In this document: one piece after another, positions 8,976 through 19,878 of the stretch
How the letters are laid out: every line of letters begins with the position of its first letter
Position numbering within the stretch: the stretch's first letter is position 1
From: Candidatus Latescibacterota bacterium
GTDB taxonomy: Bacteria > Latescibacterota > UBA2968 > GCA-2709665
Reading direction: 5' to 3'
DNA length: 64,000 nt
NCBI GenBank assembly: GCA_965208835.1
Contig: OZ242358.1
Span: 1,056,001-1,120,000, forward strand
Notes under the pieces: model-generated
What the model was told of the DNA's origin: nothing
Seen by the model: only the letters and a program-made list of their open reading frames with translations
Database searches by the model: none
Position numbers and translations under genes: made by a program

Positions 8976-11150
8976 ATGTACAAGTGGATTAAAACTCGCA
9001 TTCTCGTGGCATGCATGGCCGGCGCCTTGCCTATCGGCTGGTCTATGCCCACCGGGGCATCGGACTGGACCCACTGGCGCGGGCCGACGCAGACCGGCGC
9101 GTCTCCGGAAACCGGTCTGATTTCCAGCTGGTCTCCGGACGGAGAGGGCATGGCCTGGCGGTCGGAGTTCATCGGCCGTTCCACGCCGGTGATTGTAAAC
9201 GGGCGGGTCTACGTAATCGGAAGAACCGGGGAGGGAGTATCCCGGCAGGAACACGTCGCCTGTTTTGACGCGGAGACCGGACGGCTGGTGTGGGAGCGCA
9301 AGTTCAATGTGTGGCATTCCACCATAACGTTCAACCGCCTGGGCTGGGCGAATCTGGGCGCCGACGCGGAAACCGGCTATGTGTACGCGCACCTGGTGAA
9401 CGGTCTGCTCCTGTGTTTCGACGGTGACGGCAGGATCCTGTGGACCAGGTCGTTGACCGAGGAATTCAACAGGTTTTCGGGCTATGGAGGCAGGCTTCAT
9501 ACCCCCGTGGTCGACGGTGACCTGGTGGTCATCAGCATGGGAAACCGGGGCTGGGCGGACCGCCCGCCCTCCCACCGGTACATGGCCTTCGACAAGCGGA
9601 CTGGAGAGACTGTTTGGATGTCGCGACCGGGCGGGGGCGGGCAGGCCGATCTGACCGTATATTCCACGCCGATCGCGGCGACTGTCGACGGCCGTAGGCT
9701 GTTGATCGCGGGGAACGGAAACGGAGGGATTTTCGCCTTCAAGGCCTCGACGGGCGAGGTCGTATGGGGTTTCCCCTTAAGCAAACGGGGTATCAACACC
9801 TCTCCGGTTGCGGCTGACAATCGCGTTTACGCGACCCACAGCGAAGAGAACCTGGACAATACCACGATGGGCCGGGTCGTTTGCCTCGATGCGGGTACCG
9901 GAAAAGAAATCTGGCGCCAAGACGGGATCGCGGCAGGGTATGCTTCTCCCGCCCTGCACGCGGGGCGTTTGTACGTCATCGACAATTCGGCCAACGTTCA
10001 CTGCCTGGACGCGGAGTCCGGTAGGAAGTACTGGGAGCAGAATATCGGTACGGTAGGCAAGGGCTCTCCTACGTGGGCGGATGGCAAACTATACGTCACG
10101 GAAGTCAACGGCGGATTCCGGATCCTCAACGTGAATGACGCGGGTGCGAACGTTCTGGACGAGGAAAAGGTCCTGATGCCCGGCGGGAGGCCCGCTGAAA
10201 TCTACGGTTCGGTCGCCATCGCATACGGCCGGGTCTACTTCGCAACCGAAGCGGGATTGTTCTGCCTGGGAGACCGGGAATCTGCGTTCACGCCAAAGTC
10301 CACGCCTTATGCAGGGCCCCCGCGTACACCGTCCCGCGCCGAACCTGCCGCGCTACTGGTCTCGCCGGCCGAGAAGACAATGACATCGGACGAGACGCTG
10401 ACGCTGAGCGCCCGGGCGTACGACACGCAGGGACGGTTGATTGGAGAGGTCGACGCGGAGTGGGCCCTCGACCGACTGATGGGAAAGATAGAGAACGGCC
10501 GGTTCACGCCGGCGAATCCCGGACAGGCCGGGTGGGTGATTGCCACCTCCGGTGCATTGACCGCGCGGTCATGGGTGCGGGTGGTCCCCTCACTACCGTG
10601 GACGGAGGACTTCGAAGGGATCCCTGCGGGTGGAAATCCGCGCCACTGGGTGTGGGGCGGCAGAGGATTCAGGGTCGACGAACAGGATGGCAACAGGGTC
10701 CTGGTTAAGCCACCAGCGGCGCGCGGACTGGACAGGTCCAATCTGTATATCGGACCACCTCATTTGAAAGGATACACAGTCCAGGCCGATCTGATGGGGG
10801 GCAGGCGCAGACGGTGGCTGCCGGACATGGGCCTGATCGCTCACCGATACCTCCTGGATCTACAGGGCGCATACCAGCGGCTGGAAGTCCGGTCGTGGTC
10901 CTCGGATCTGCGGATGGTGCAGCGCGTCCCCTTCGAATGGGAACCAGATGTGTGGTATACCATGAAGATGAGGGTGGACGTCGAGGCCGGTCGGGCCGTT
11001 GTCCGGGGTAAAGTCTGGAAGCGCGGCGACGCGGAGCCCGACGCCTGGACGATCGAGGCGGAGGACCCGCTGCCTATACGGGAAGGGAGCCCCGGGATTT
11101 ACGGGTACTCGCCGGCGAATATCTACTATGACAACGTAAGCGTGTACTGA
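8976..11150 (+). CDS. Secreted PQQ-binding-like beta-propeller protein with extra C-terminal beta domain
   Basis: Signal peptide, DWTHWRGP, repeated CxDAxTGxxxW blades. Confidence 0.85.
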   Translation: MYKWIKTRILVACMAGALPIGWSMPTGASDWTHWRGPTQTGASPETGLISSWSPDGEGMAWRSEFIGRSTPVIVNGRVYVIGRTGEGVSRQEHVACFDAETGRLVWERKFNVWHSTITFNRLGWANLGADAETGYVYAHLVNGLLLCFDGDGRILWTRSLTEEFNRFSGYGGRLHTPVVDGDLVVISMGNRGWADRPPSHRYMAFDKRTGETVWMSRPGGGGQADLTVYSTPIAATVDGRRLLIAGNGNGGIFAFKASTGEVVWGFPLSKRGINTSPVAADNRVYATHSEENLDNTTMGRVVCLDAGTGKEIWRQDGIAAGYASPALHAGRLYVIDNSANVHCLDAESGRKYWEQNIGTVGKGSPTWADGKLYVTEVNGGFRILNVNDAGANVLDEEKVLMPGGRPAEIYGSVAIAYGRVYFATEAGLFCLGDRESAFTPKSTPYAGPPRTPSRAEPAALLVSPAEKTMTSDETLTLSARAYDTQGRLIGEVDAEWALDRLMGKIENGRFTPANPGQAGWVIATSGALTARSWVRVVPSLPWTEDFEGIPAGGNPRHWVWGGRGFRVDEQDGNRVLVKPPAARGLDRSNLYIGPPHLKGYTVQADLMGGRRRRWLPDMGLIAHRYLLDLQGAYQRLEVRSWSSDLRMVQRVPFEWEPDVWYTMKMRVDVEAGRAVVRGKVWKRGDAEPDAWTIEAEDPLPIREGSPGIYGYSPANIYYDNVSVY

Positions 11151-11224
11151 ACGGGCTTTGGTTCGGATGGGCTTGTTCAATGTGCAACCAATACGAACAA
11201 AGATACCTGGAGAAGAATACAACT

Positions 11225-12652
11225 ATGAAATCAGGATGGATATACAGCGTCGTCGTCATCATGTTCTGGGCGGTTTCCGGCGTGTGCGCCCAGGAAACCT
11301 CGATGTGGGGATTCACGCCCTCACGAAACCTGGTGTCCGACGAGACAGATCTGCCAGCGGACTGGGATCCGGCAACGGGCAGGAATATCAAGTGGAAGGC
11401 CGCCCTCGGCTCCCAGTCCTACGCCGGTCCGGTACTGCTGGGCGGGAAGGTGTTTATGGGGACGAACAACCGCGCCGAACGAAATCCCGATATCCGGGGA
11501 GACCGTGGCGTGATAATGGCGTTCCGGGAAACCGACGGGAAGTTCCTGTGGCAGTCGGCCCATCCGAAGCTGCCCGCCGGAAGGGTGAACGACTGGCCTT
11601 TGCAGGGAATCTGCTCCGCGCCGTTTGTCCAGGACGAACGGCTGTACTACGTTTCCAACCAGGGCCGCGTCGTCTGTGCGGATACCGAGGGTTTTCTGGA
11701 TTCGGAGAACGACGGGCCGTACCAGGGTGAGGACGTGACCGGTGAAATCGGCGTGGATATCGTCTGGGAATTCGACATGATGAATGAGCTGGACGTGTTC
11801 CCTCACAATCTGGCCACGTGTTCTCCCGTGGGAGCGGACGGCCTGCTGTTCGTGATTACCAGCAACGGCGTGGATGAGGGCCACGTTGCCATCCCTTCTC
11901 CCCTCGCGCCCAGTTTCATTGCACTCAGCCTGAAGACCGGGAAACTCGCCTGGGAAAAGGCTTATCCCGGCACGAATATCCTGCACGGGCAGTGGTCCAA
12001 CCCGGCCTACGGAACGATCAACGGCCAACCCCAGGTCATCCTTCCGGGCGGGGACGGCTGGGTCTATGCCGTGGCACCGAAAACGGGTGAATTGATCTGG
12101 AAGTTCGACTGCAATCCGAAGGACTCCGTGTGGGAGCTGGGCGGACGGGGTACCCGAAACGCGATTATCGCCACGCCCGTGATCTACGAAAACAAGGTCT
12201 TTATCGGGGTGGGGCAGGACCCCGAACACGGCGAAGGGGTGGGTCATCTGTGGGCGATTGACGCTACCGGAACGGGCGACGTTACGGACACCCATGCCGT
12301 CTGGCACCTGGGAGGCAGGGATTTCAACCGGACGATGTCAACGGTCGCCATCCACGACGGGCTTCTGTATGCGGCAGACCTGAGCGGATTCGTGTATTGC
12401 CTGGATCTGAAGACAGGGAAGCCGCACTGGACCTACGACGCCTATGCCGCCATCTGGGGCTCACCGTTCGTCGCCGACGGAAAGGTTTACATTGGCGACG
12501 AGGACGGTGACGTGATGATCTTCAAGGCATCGTCGAAGCTTGAGAAGATCAACGAAGTCAATATGGGCAGCGCGGTATACACAACACCCGTTGCGAGAGA
12601 CGGGGTGCTGTACATCGGGACCCGGAACACGCTGTACGCAATAGCCGAATAA
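11225..12652 (+). CDS. Secreted PQQ-binding-like beta-propeller protein
   Basis: Signal peptide; DxKTGKxxW blades and SPxVADGKVYIG. Confidence 0.85.
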   Translation: MKSGWIYSVVVIMFWAVSGVCAQETSMWGFTPSRNLVSDETDLPADWDPATGRNIKWKAALGSQSYAGPVLLGGKVFMGTNNRAERNPDIRGDRGVIMAFRETDGKFLWQSAHPKLPAGRVNDWPLQGICSAPFVQDERLYYVSNQGRVVCADTEGFLDSENDGPYQGEDVTGEIGVDIVWEFDMMNELDVFPHNLATCSPVGADGLLFVITSNGVDEGHVAIPSPLAPSFIALSLKTGKLAWEKAYPGTNILHGQWSNPAYGTINGQPQVILPGGDGWVYAVAPKTGELIWKFDCNPKDSVWELGGRGTRNAIIATPVIYENKVFIGVGQDPEHGEGVGHLWAIDATGTGDVTDTHAVWHLGGRDFNRTMSTVAIHDGLLYAADLSGFVYCLDLKTGKPHWTYDAYAAIWGSPFVADGKVYIGDEDGDVMIFKASSKLEKINEVNMGSAVYTTPVARDGVLYIGTRNTLYAIAE

Positions 12653-12763
12653 CGGCCTGCGGTGAGACGGGCGCGCCCGTCCGAAGTATTGATTTCCGGA
12701 CTTGCGCGTGGAGATGGAAGAATCGCCTCGCCCCGCAGTCGTCATTCGACCCTCGAGGCTGGA

Positions 12764-13498
12764 ATGCTGCTGGAAAAGAAGGTGATTCTGGTAACCGGAG
12801 GCGCCTCGGGCATCGGCCGCGCGGCGTCGTTCTGTTGTGCGCGGGCCGGCGCCCTCGTGGCCGTGGCGGACTGCGACCGGGACGGCGTTTCAGCGACCGT
12901 AGGTGAAATCGAGGGGTCCGGGGGTGAAGCCCGCGGTTTCGCGGTGGACGTACGGGAGGAGGCCGGCGTCCGGGCGATGGTGGAGGACGTGGTCCACGCG
13001 TTCGGACGTATCGATGGTCTGATTCACTCTGCGGGGATTCTCGAAGGAGCGCTGGTCCCTGTCGACCTGTTCGAAGCGGATACATGGGATCGCGTATTGG
13101 ACGTGAATCTGAAAGGCAGTTTCCTGCTGTGCAAACACGTGGCGCCGGTTCTGGAGCGGTCTGGCGGAGGGGCGCTGGTTCTGGTGTCATCCGGCGCCGG
13201 GGTCCGGGGAAGCAGTTCGTCCGCGGCCTACGGTTCGAGCAAGGGGGGCGTACACGGCCTCTCTCTGGTGCTCGCGCAGCAGCTGGCTTCCAGGGGCATC
13301 CGGGTGAATGCGCTGTGTCCGGGAAGCCTCGAAACACCGCTGAAAATGGAAGTTTTAAAGAAGCAGGCGGAACTGGAGGGGCGGTGCCTGCAGGAAATGA
13401 GAGCCGGGCTGGGTAAGCCCGAGGGTGTGGGAAGGGTGCTCGCGTTTCTGGTCTCTGACGATGCGGACTACGTAAGGGGTACCGTTTTTACGAGATGA
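12764..13498 (+). CDS. SDR family oxidoreductase
   Basis: TGGASGIG, YGSSKGG, IRVNALCPG. Confidence 0.9.
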   Translation: MLLEKKVILVTGGASGIGRAASFCCARAGALVAVADCDRDGVSATVGEIEGSGGEARGFAVDVREEAGVRAMVEDVVHAFGRIDGLIHSAGILEGALVPVDLFEADTWDRVLDVNLKGSFLLCKHVAPVLERSGGGALVLVSSGAGVRGSSSSAAYGSSKGGVHGLSLVLAQQLASRGIRVNALCPGSLETPLKMEVLKKQAELEGRCLQEMRAGLGKPEGVGRVLAFLVSDDADYVRGTVFTR

Positions 13499-13619
13499 CC
13501 TGCGCTAACAGCCCGTTCCCGGACGCGCGGTCGTCGGGACGGTCCGGACCTTTGTGCCGGCCGGCGGGTCCTTTTGCCTGCGGTGACGAAATCGACAAAC
13601 GGGGAAAGCGAGGTAACGA

Positions 13620-14903
13620 ATGCAGCGCACGATGAAAATCGCACTGATCGGCGCGGGGATGTTTGGCGGCGACGTACACGCGAGGGCATTCGCGGATCTG
13701 CAGCGGATGGGAATTAGCGGAAACCTCGGACGGGTGGGGCTGGACCGGTGGGCGCGGGACCTGGCGGATATACAGTTCGACCTGGTGGCCGTGGCCACGC
13801 GGTCTCAGGCGTCGGCGGAACGGGCGCGCGGGAACTTCAAGGCGTCCACCGGGCGCGAGCCGAGAGCCTATTGGGGAGAAAAACCCTGGGAGGACGTGTT
13901 GCGCGACGTTCCCGATCTGGACGTCATGGCCGTGGTCACGCCGGATCACCTGCATACGGAGGTGACGCTGGCCGCGTTGCGAAACGGTACGCACGTGGTC
14001 ATGGAAAAACCGATGTGTCTTTCGATCGAGGAGGCGGACGAAATCATTGAACTGGCCGACGCAAAGGGACTGGTGGTCTGCGTGGATATGCACAAGCGGT
14101 ACGATCCCGACCATCTGCGCGTCCAGAACGATCTCTCCACACGGATCGGAGAGCCGCTCTATGGACAGGCCGTGCTCGAAGAGCCGCTTGAAGTGTCCAC
14201 GAGTACGTTCAAGTGGGCGGAACAGAGCGACCCGTTCAGCTACGTCGGTCCACACTGGACGGACCTGATTTACAGCTATTTCAGGAGCAAACCGGTCGCG
14301 CTTTCCGCTGTCGGCCAGAAGAAGCGGCTGGTTCGCGAAGGCATTGATGCCTACGACGCGGTTCAGGTGCGCGTGGAGTTCGAGAACGGCATGAGCATCT
14401 ATTTCCATAATAACTGGATCACGCCCGACGACTTCGAGGGCCCCGTGAATCAGGGTCACGAAATTGTGGGTACCGACGGCAAGGTGGAGTCCGACCAGCA
14501 GTACCGGGGTCTGCGATTCTGGTACAACGGGGGCGGCAGCCGAACCGTGAACAATCACATGACGCGCGACGTCAGACGTCCGGACGGGTCGGAGGCGTAT
14601 ATCGGATACGGCGTGGATAGCATCACGGTGGGCCTTGTTGCCGCCTGCCGGATCAAGTTTCAGGGGGAGACGCGGGAGGACGTGGACGGGATCTATCCGA
14701 CCGCGGCGGACGGGCGGATCACGGTTGCGATCGTCGACGCGGCCAGGCGGGTGAGGGACCTGAACTTCAAGTATCTGCAGGAGGGCAAGGGGACGCCGGT
14801 GACGGCCCGATTCGGGGATGACGGCATCACCCTCATCGATCCCTGCCGGATTGACGAGGGACCGGAAGCGGTCTTTCAGCGTATTTACAAAAAGCCGATA
14901 TAG
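13620..14903 (+). CDS. Gfo/Idh/MocA family oxidoreductase
   Basis: IGAGMFG, TPDHLH, HVVMEKP. Confidence 0.9.
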   Translation: MQRTMKIALIGAGMFGGDVHARAFADLQRMGISGNLGRVGLDRWARDLADIQFDLVAVATRSQASAERARGNFKASTGREPRAYWGEKPWEDVLRDVPDLDVMAVVTPDHLHTEVTLAALRNGTHVVMEKPMCLSIEEADEIIELADAKGLVVCVDMHKRYDPDHLRVQNDLSTRIGEPLYGQAVLEEPLEVSTSTFKWAEQSDPFSYVGPHWTDLIYSYFRSKPVALSAVGQKKRLVREGIDAYDAVQVRVEFENGMSIYFHNNWITPDDFEGPVNQGHEIVGTDGKVESDQQYRGLRFWYNGGGSRTVNNHMTRDVRRPDGSEAYIGYGVDSITVGLVAACRIKFQGETREDVDGIYPTAADGRITVAIVDAARRVRDLNFKYLQEGKGTPVTARFGDDGITLIDPCRIDEGPEAVFQRIYKKPI

Positions 14904-15059
14904 TGTCCTGTCCCAAAAATCCCTCACCATTCGACCGCCGACTCATCCCGTCTCGCTACGTTCCCCTCGCTCGCCGACCTTGCGCAGGTCGGAGGCGCCT
15001 TGCGAGACGGGCGACTCGGCGGTCGAATTCAGGCAACTTATTTCCGGGACAGAACAATA
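14901..15059 (+). repeat. MITE-like element, copy 1
   Basis: Ends TAGTGTCCTGTCCC...GGGACAGAACAATA; internal palindromes; near-identical inverted copy at 20959-21125. Confidence 0.85.
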
Positions 15060-15146
15060 GCGGCGGAGCGAATCGGGTCGTGAGACGCCGCGCCGGCGGG
15101 TTCGGACGGCAAATTGCGGTCCGACGCTTTTATTCAGGAGAATGCG

Positions 15147-16517
15147 ATGGGCAGGGAGTTCGATATCACACCCCGTGAGGTTCCCCGCGTAGACACGAAA
15201 TACAGGCGAATCGTCTCCAGATTGCCCCATCCGGAGTCGGTTCCCGTACTCGAGGCGTTGCGGACTTACGAACCGACTTCGATGCGAGGGCAGCCGCCCG
15301 TCGTGTGGGATCGGGCGGAGGACGTCCGTGTCTACGACATGTACGGGAATATGTGGCTGGATTGGAGTTCCGGGGTGCTGGTGACCAACGCGGGCCACGG
15401 GATGCCGGAGGTCAGGAAGGCGATCCTGGATCAGGTCAACAACGGACTTCTGCACAGTTACGTGTTCCCCAACGCCGCGAGGGCACAGCTCGCCGAGTTT
15501 CTGATTCGGCTGGCGCCGGACGGGCTGGACAAGGTGTTTCTGCTGACAACGGGTTCGGAAGCGACCGAGAACGCAATCAAGTTGGCGCGCACCTGGGGAA
15601 TCGCGCAGGGCGGGAGCCGCAAGATCGGGATCGTGGGATTTGAACGGGGGTTCCATGGGCGAACGCTTGGGGCGCAGCAGGCCGGCGGCATGCCGGGGCA
15701 GAAGGATTGGGTTGTAAACGAGGATCCCGCCATCGTACAGGCTGCCTTTCCAGACGGGTACTGGACAGGGAATACCGATTTCGACCACTTCTGCACGACC
15801 CTGAATGAAAAGGGCATGAATGCCGACGACGTCGCAGGGGTGATTGTGGAGACCTATCAAGGCGTGGGCCCGGACTTTCTGCCTGTCGAATACGCGCAGG
15901 CCCTGGCCGAATGGTGTCGGGCGCACGGGGCTCTGCTGATCTTCGACGAAGTCCAGGCGGGGTTCGGAAGAACCGGAACCATGTGGGGTTTCGAGCACTA
16001 CGGCATCACTCCGGACCTGATCACGTTCGGTAAAGGCGTGAGCAGCTCCCTCCCGCTTTCGGGCGTGATCGGCCGGACGGAAGTGATGGATCAATATCCT
16101 CCCGGATCCATGACCAGCACACATACAGGCAATCCGGTCTGCGCGGCAGCGGCGCTGGCCAGCCTGAAGAAAATCGTGGGGGACGACCTGGCGGCCAATG
16201 CCGCCCGGATGGAGCCGGCGATGATGGAAGGATTGCGCGCGATTCAGGCACGTCATCCGCAGGTGATCGGCAATTGCACTGGCAGGGGACTGGTCGCGGG
16301 GCTGCAGATGGTCAGGCCGGGTCTGAAGGAGCCGGATCCGGACCTGGCGTTCGACGTGGTCGAACGCTGCTTTCACAAGGGACTGCTGTTTTTCGCGCCG
16401 GTGGGGTCCTGGGGGCAGACCGTAAAGATCTCGCCGCCCCTGACCATTACCGCGGAAGCCGTGGTCGACGGACTGGCGGTACTTGGCGAGGCCGTGGACC
16501 AGGCGGCCGGAATCTGA
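15147..16517 (+). CDS. Class III aminotransferase (GabT-like)
   Basis: TGSEATENAIK, FHGRT, LIFDEVQAGFGRTG, TFGKG. Confidence 0.9.
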   Translation: MGREFDITPREVPRVDTKYRRIVSRLPHPESVPVLEALRTYEPTSMRGQPPVVWDRAEDVRVYDMYGNMWLDWSSGVLVTNAGHGMPEVRKAILDQVNNGLLHSYVFPNAARAQLAEFLIRLAPDGLDKVFLLTTGSEATENAIKLARTWGIAQGGSRKIGIVGFERGFHGRTLGAQQAGGMPGQKDWVVNEDPAIVQAAFPDGYWTGNTDFDHFCTTLNEKGMNADDVAGVIVETYQGVGPDFLPVEYAQALAEWCRAHGALLIFDEVQAGFGRTGTMWGFEHYGITPDLITFGKGVSSSLPLSGVIGRTEVMDQYPPGSMTSTHTGNPVCAAAALASLKKIVGDDLAANAARMEPAMMEGLRAIQARHPQVIGNCTGRGLVAGLQMVRPGLKEPDPDLAFDVVERCFHKGLLFFAPVGSWGQTVKISPPLTITAEAVVDGLAVLGEAVDQAAGI

Positions 16518-16615
16518 ACGGAAGCCGGACCCGTCGGGGCAAAACGGTATGAATCAGGAGAAAAGGCGGGCGGTGGGGATCGTCGCTCGCTTTTCGTCTG
16601 TACGGAGGAACGACA

Positions 16616-17803
16616 ATGGACTTGTACGAGAAATACCGGATGACCCGCGTCATCAACGCCTGTGGGAAAATGACGCATCTGGCAGGGGCGGTCGTATTGC
16701 CGGAGGTGGTTGAAGAGGTGACGCACGCGATGGGTTGCTTCTACGACCTGGATGAACTCCAGGAACGCGCGGGAGAGGTAATCGTACGCGCCACGGGCGC
16801 ACAGTGGGGGTGCGTGACCTCCTGTACTGCGGCCGGCATCACGTTGGGTGTGGCTGCGTCCATGACCGGAAACGACCTCGGCAGGGTCGGGCAGCTTCCG
16901 GACACAACCGGGATGGCCAGCGAGGTCGTGATTCAGAAGGGCCACGCGGTGAACTTCGGCGCCCCCGTAACGCAGATGATCCGACTGGCCGGCGCCTCAG
17001 CCGTGGAGGTTGGAACGGTGCACGGTTCGACCGAAGAACAGATGAGGCACGCCATTGGAGACCGGACGGCGGCGGTTCTTTTCGTGGTGTCGCACCACAC
17101 TGTCCGGTACGGCGCCCTGCCTCTGACGAGGGTGGTCGGGATCGCGCACGAACACGGCGTCCCCGTGATCGTGGACGGGGCGGCGCAATCGTTCGTTATC
17201 AGAAAAATCCTGGACGCGGGCGCGGACCTTGTCGTCTGCAGCGGCCACAAGTATCTTTCAGGAACCACGGCCGGCGTGGTCTGCGGCCGGGAGGATCTGG
17301 TGCGGGCGGTGAACCTGCAGAACCGGGGCATCGGACGGCCGATGAAGGTGGGAAAGGAGGGGATCGTCGGCGCGATGGCGGCGCTGGGGTACCGGATGCG
17401 TCTGGACGTGGCGGGCTGGGAGGCGGAGCAGAACCGGAAGATGAACCGGGTGATGGCGCGCCTTGAAGGGGTTGACGGCGTCGAACTCGGCGTGGATCCC
17501 GATCCCAACGGGAATCCGTTCAGTCGCGCGCGGGTGACCGTGGATGCGGAGAAGACGGGATTGAGCGCCGCCGTGATCAACCTCGCGATGATGGAGGGAG
17601 ATCCATCCATCCGTCTACGCGCGCACCATACCGACGAGGGATACTTCACCGTGGATGCGATGGAGATGACGGACGAAGAGGTGGAACTGACGTGCGACCG
17701 GCTGGTGGGCCTGCTCTCGGCTTCGCCTGCCGAAAAAGCGATGCTGAGAGATCGCTACGGCGAGGAGGGCGAAGTGTCCTCTCGGTGGTCGTGGCTGCGT
17801 TGA
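16616..17803 (+). CDS. SelA-like PLP-dependent enzyme (DgaE-like)
   Basis: VINACGKMT, VIVDGAA, GADLVVCSGHK, GIGRPMKVGKE. Confidence 0.85.
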   Translation: MDLYEKYRMTRVINACGKMTHLAGAVVLPEVVEEVTHAMGCFYDLDELQERAGEVIVRATGAQWGCVTSCTAAGITLGVAASMTGNDLGRVGQLPDTTGMASEVVIQKGHAVNFGAPVTQMIRLAGASAVEVGTVHGSTEEQMRHAIGDRTAAVLFVVSHHTVRYGALPLTRVVGIAHEHGVPVIVDGAAQSFVIRKILDAGADLVVCSGHKYLSGTTAGVVCGREDLVRAVNLQNRGIGRPMKVGKEGIVGAMAALGYRMRLDVAGWEAEQNRKMNRVMARLEGVDGVELGVDPDPNGNPFSRARVTVDAEKTGLSAAVINLAMMEGDPSIRLRAHHTDEGYFTVDAMEMTDEEVELTCDRLVGLLSASPAEKAMLRDRYGEEGEVSSRWSWLR

Positions 17804-17876
17804 AACGGCAACCCGTTCACCTGGTACAGGCAGCCAAACCTTTGGCGCGTTCCGGCTGGCAGACCCGCGCGGATAA

Positions 17877-18515
17877 CTACAGTTTCTCGACCCGGATGTT
17901 GCGGTATTTCGCGCCGGTGCGCTGGACTTCCAGCCAGATGGAGACCGGAAACACAGGTATGTAGGGATGACTCAGCTGCACGTTTCCGGAGCTGACCGTA
18001 AAGTCCGCCCCGTCCACGGTGCAGACCACGTCGTACCACATTCCGGTCTGAACCTGAAACTCCGCTGCGGCCTCACGATTCCACGGTCCGTATATTCCGG
18101 ATGGATCGATGTACTTGCGGCCGCTGTCGATCTGAATCGTATGCGGCGCGTCGTCATCCATCGCCACCAGCATATTGTCGCCTTCAGCGTCCACGAAGCC
18201 CACGATCTTGCCGTCACTGCTTGATCGCTCGACGAGCAACACCTGGTAACGGAGTCGAAACGGACTGTCGACAACCCGCTCCGAAACGAGGAAGTGAATG
18301 CGCTTCGACGTGGGACAGACAATCGCGCTATCCTGGACGGTCCACTGATCGGAAAGCGGCCGCCACCCCTCCAGCGTTTCCCCGTCGAAGAGATTCCCGC
18401 TGTCGCCCTCAACTTTCTTCCGCTGTTCCTCCACCACACCCGTTCTCGTCAGCAGAAGCGCGATCAGGACGACGTTGGCCAGGAGGCTGGCAACCGTCAC
18501 CGCTTTTCTGTTCAT
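17877..18515 (-). CDS. Membrane-anchored DUF1080-like protein
   Basis: N-terminal TM, LFDGETLEGW and YRNIRV. Confidence 0.7.
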   Translation of the reverse strand: MNRKAVTVASLLANVVLIALLLTRTGVVEEQRKKVEGDSGNLFDGETLEGWRPLSDQWTVQDSAIVCPTSKRIHFLVSERVVDSPFRLRYQVLLVERSSSDGKIVGFVDAEGDNMLVAMDDDAPHTIQIDSGRKYIDPSGIYGPWNREAAAEFQVQTGMWYDVVCTVDGADFTVSSGNVQLSHPYIPVFPVSIWLEVQRTGAKYRNIRVEKL

Positions 18516-19783
18516 GGATGCGAGTCTCCCTTCGGTTTCCGTGCAAAAAGTGAGCCGCCACCGAACATCCGGGCGATGTCATTTCGGATGTCCTGTTCGG
18601 TCAGCGGCCAGCCTGCGACTCCCAACGCCTCGTACTTCCCGACGAATACCGGAGCGATGGCTCTGATGGAATGGGTCCATTTGTAGAGCAGCTGGTCCAG
18701 GACCCGGGCGTCTGAGTGTTGAGGCACGAAGCCGGATCCCAGCAGTTCAAGGCGTTCGGCCGTGATTTCCCGGATAATGCTGGGGTTGTTCAGGAACCAC
18801 CAGCAGCCGAACGGCGTGATGTTGGGGAATTTCCTGGCGGCAACGCAGAGTTCATGCTGGTTTTCGCGGGAAAGCAGCGTGACGAGGAAGTTCACGTCGG
18901 GCCATTCGCGGGCGATGTTCTCGAGAAAGGTCACATCCCATTCTCCAACGCCGTCGCCCCCGTCCCGCAGCAGGGGGTTGACCCCGCGTCTGACGCCCAC
19001 CATCATGGCTGTCGGAATTCCGTGTTCCCGGGCCGTGGGGTAGACCGCGGCGCCCAGCAGCTTCGCAACGGCGGATTCGGAAGGATAGGCGAAGTCGGGC
19101 GGGAGGGAGATGGCCAGATAGCGGGCATTCATTCGCGCGATCCAGTCGTCGAGGTAACGTCGAAGTTCTGCAATCGTCCTGGACGAAAGATCGCTGTCCA
19201 CGGTATAACCGAGCTCCCTTAAATTCGCCACCGGTGCGGGCCACCCGGCCAGCGCGCTGTCCAGCCGGAGGGCGGCTTCAAACCGGGGATCCCGCTCGAA
19301 GCCCTTCCTCCAGACGGGTCCCTCCTGGTCGTCCAGGGGATCATTGGTCATATAGACGCGGGAGACGCCGGACTTGCGGAAGATGAGATCAACGTAGTCT
19401 TCCGGGTTTGTCTCCGAGAACAGGGCACGGAATTCGGACAGGGTGTCCGCCCGGGGGTTCAGGCCCAGCGACGACATCACCGTGACCACGCCCAGTTGGG
19501 CTTCAGAGAGCGGGCTGCCGTTTCCCGCGAAGAGGGCGCGCCAGACGATATCGGCCTGCCGGGGTTTCGGCAGTGCGTTGAACTGTGCGACGGTAGTTCC
19601 GGGGGGAAGCTGGCGGCAGGTTTCGACCTTGAGGTAGTGGTAGGTAAGCAGTTCGTCAGGCCCCATCAGGCAGAGCGGACCCATCTGTGCCGGATAGAGG
19701 TGGGTATGGATATCGACGATCGGCTGGTTTTCGAATGCGCGCGATACCGCTTCGCTGACGGAGAAAGCGGCAGGGGGTGGCAT
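18512..19783 (-). CDS. Uronate isomerase-like amidohydrolase
   Basis: DIHTH, MTNDP, FGCWWFLN, QHSDARVLDQL. Confidence 0.8.
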   Translation of the reverse strand: MPPPAAFSVSEAVSRAFENQPIVDIHTHLYPAQMGPLCLMGPDELLTYHYLKVETCRQLPPGTTVAQFNALPKPRQADIVWRALFAGNGSPLSEAQLGVVTVMSSLGLNPRADTLSEFRALFSETNPEDYVDLIFRKSGVSRVYMTNDPLDDQEGPVWRKGFERDPRFEAALRLDSALAGWPAPVANLRELGYTVDSDLSSRTIAELRRYLDDWIARMNARYLAISLPPDFAYPSESAVAKLLGAAVYPTAREHGIPTAMMVGVRRGVNPLLRDGGDGVGEWDVTFLENIAREWPDVNFLVTLLSRENQHELCVAARKFPNITPFGCWWFLNNPSIIREITAERLELLGSGFVPQHSDARVLDQLLYKWTHSIRAIAPVFVGKYEALGVAGWPLTEQDIRNDIARMFGGGSLFARKPKGDSHP

Positions 19784-19878
19784 GAAGTCTCCTCGATCGA
19801 AAGAGCCGTAAACCGGGTCCTGTAAGAACCGGGGCATTCGCGCAAAACCGTTTTGCAAAGGCGTCAGGAAAACTACTT

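Noticed and set aside
14943-16376. Long antisense ORFs, also 31007-32530, 13488-14930 and 22060-23298
   Set aside because: Typical high-GC shadows opposite well-supported genes.
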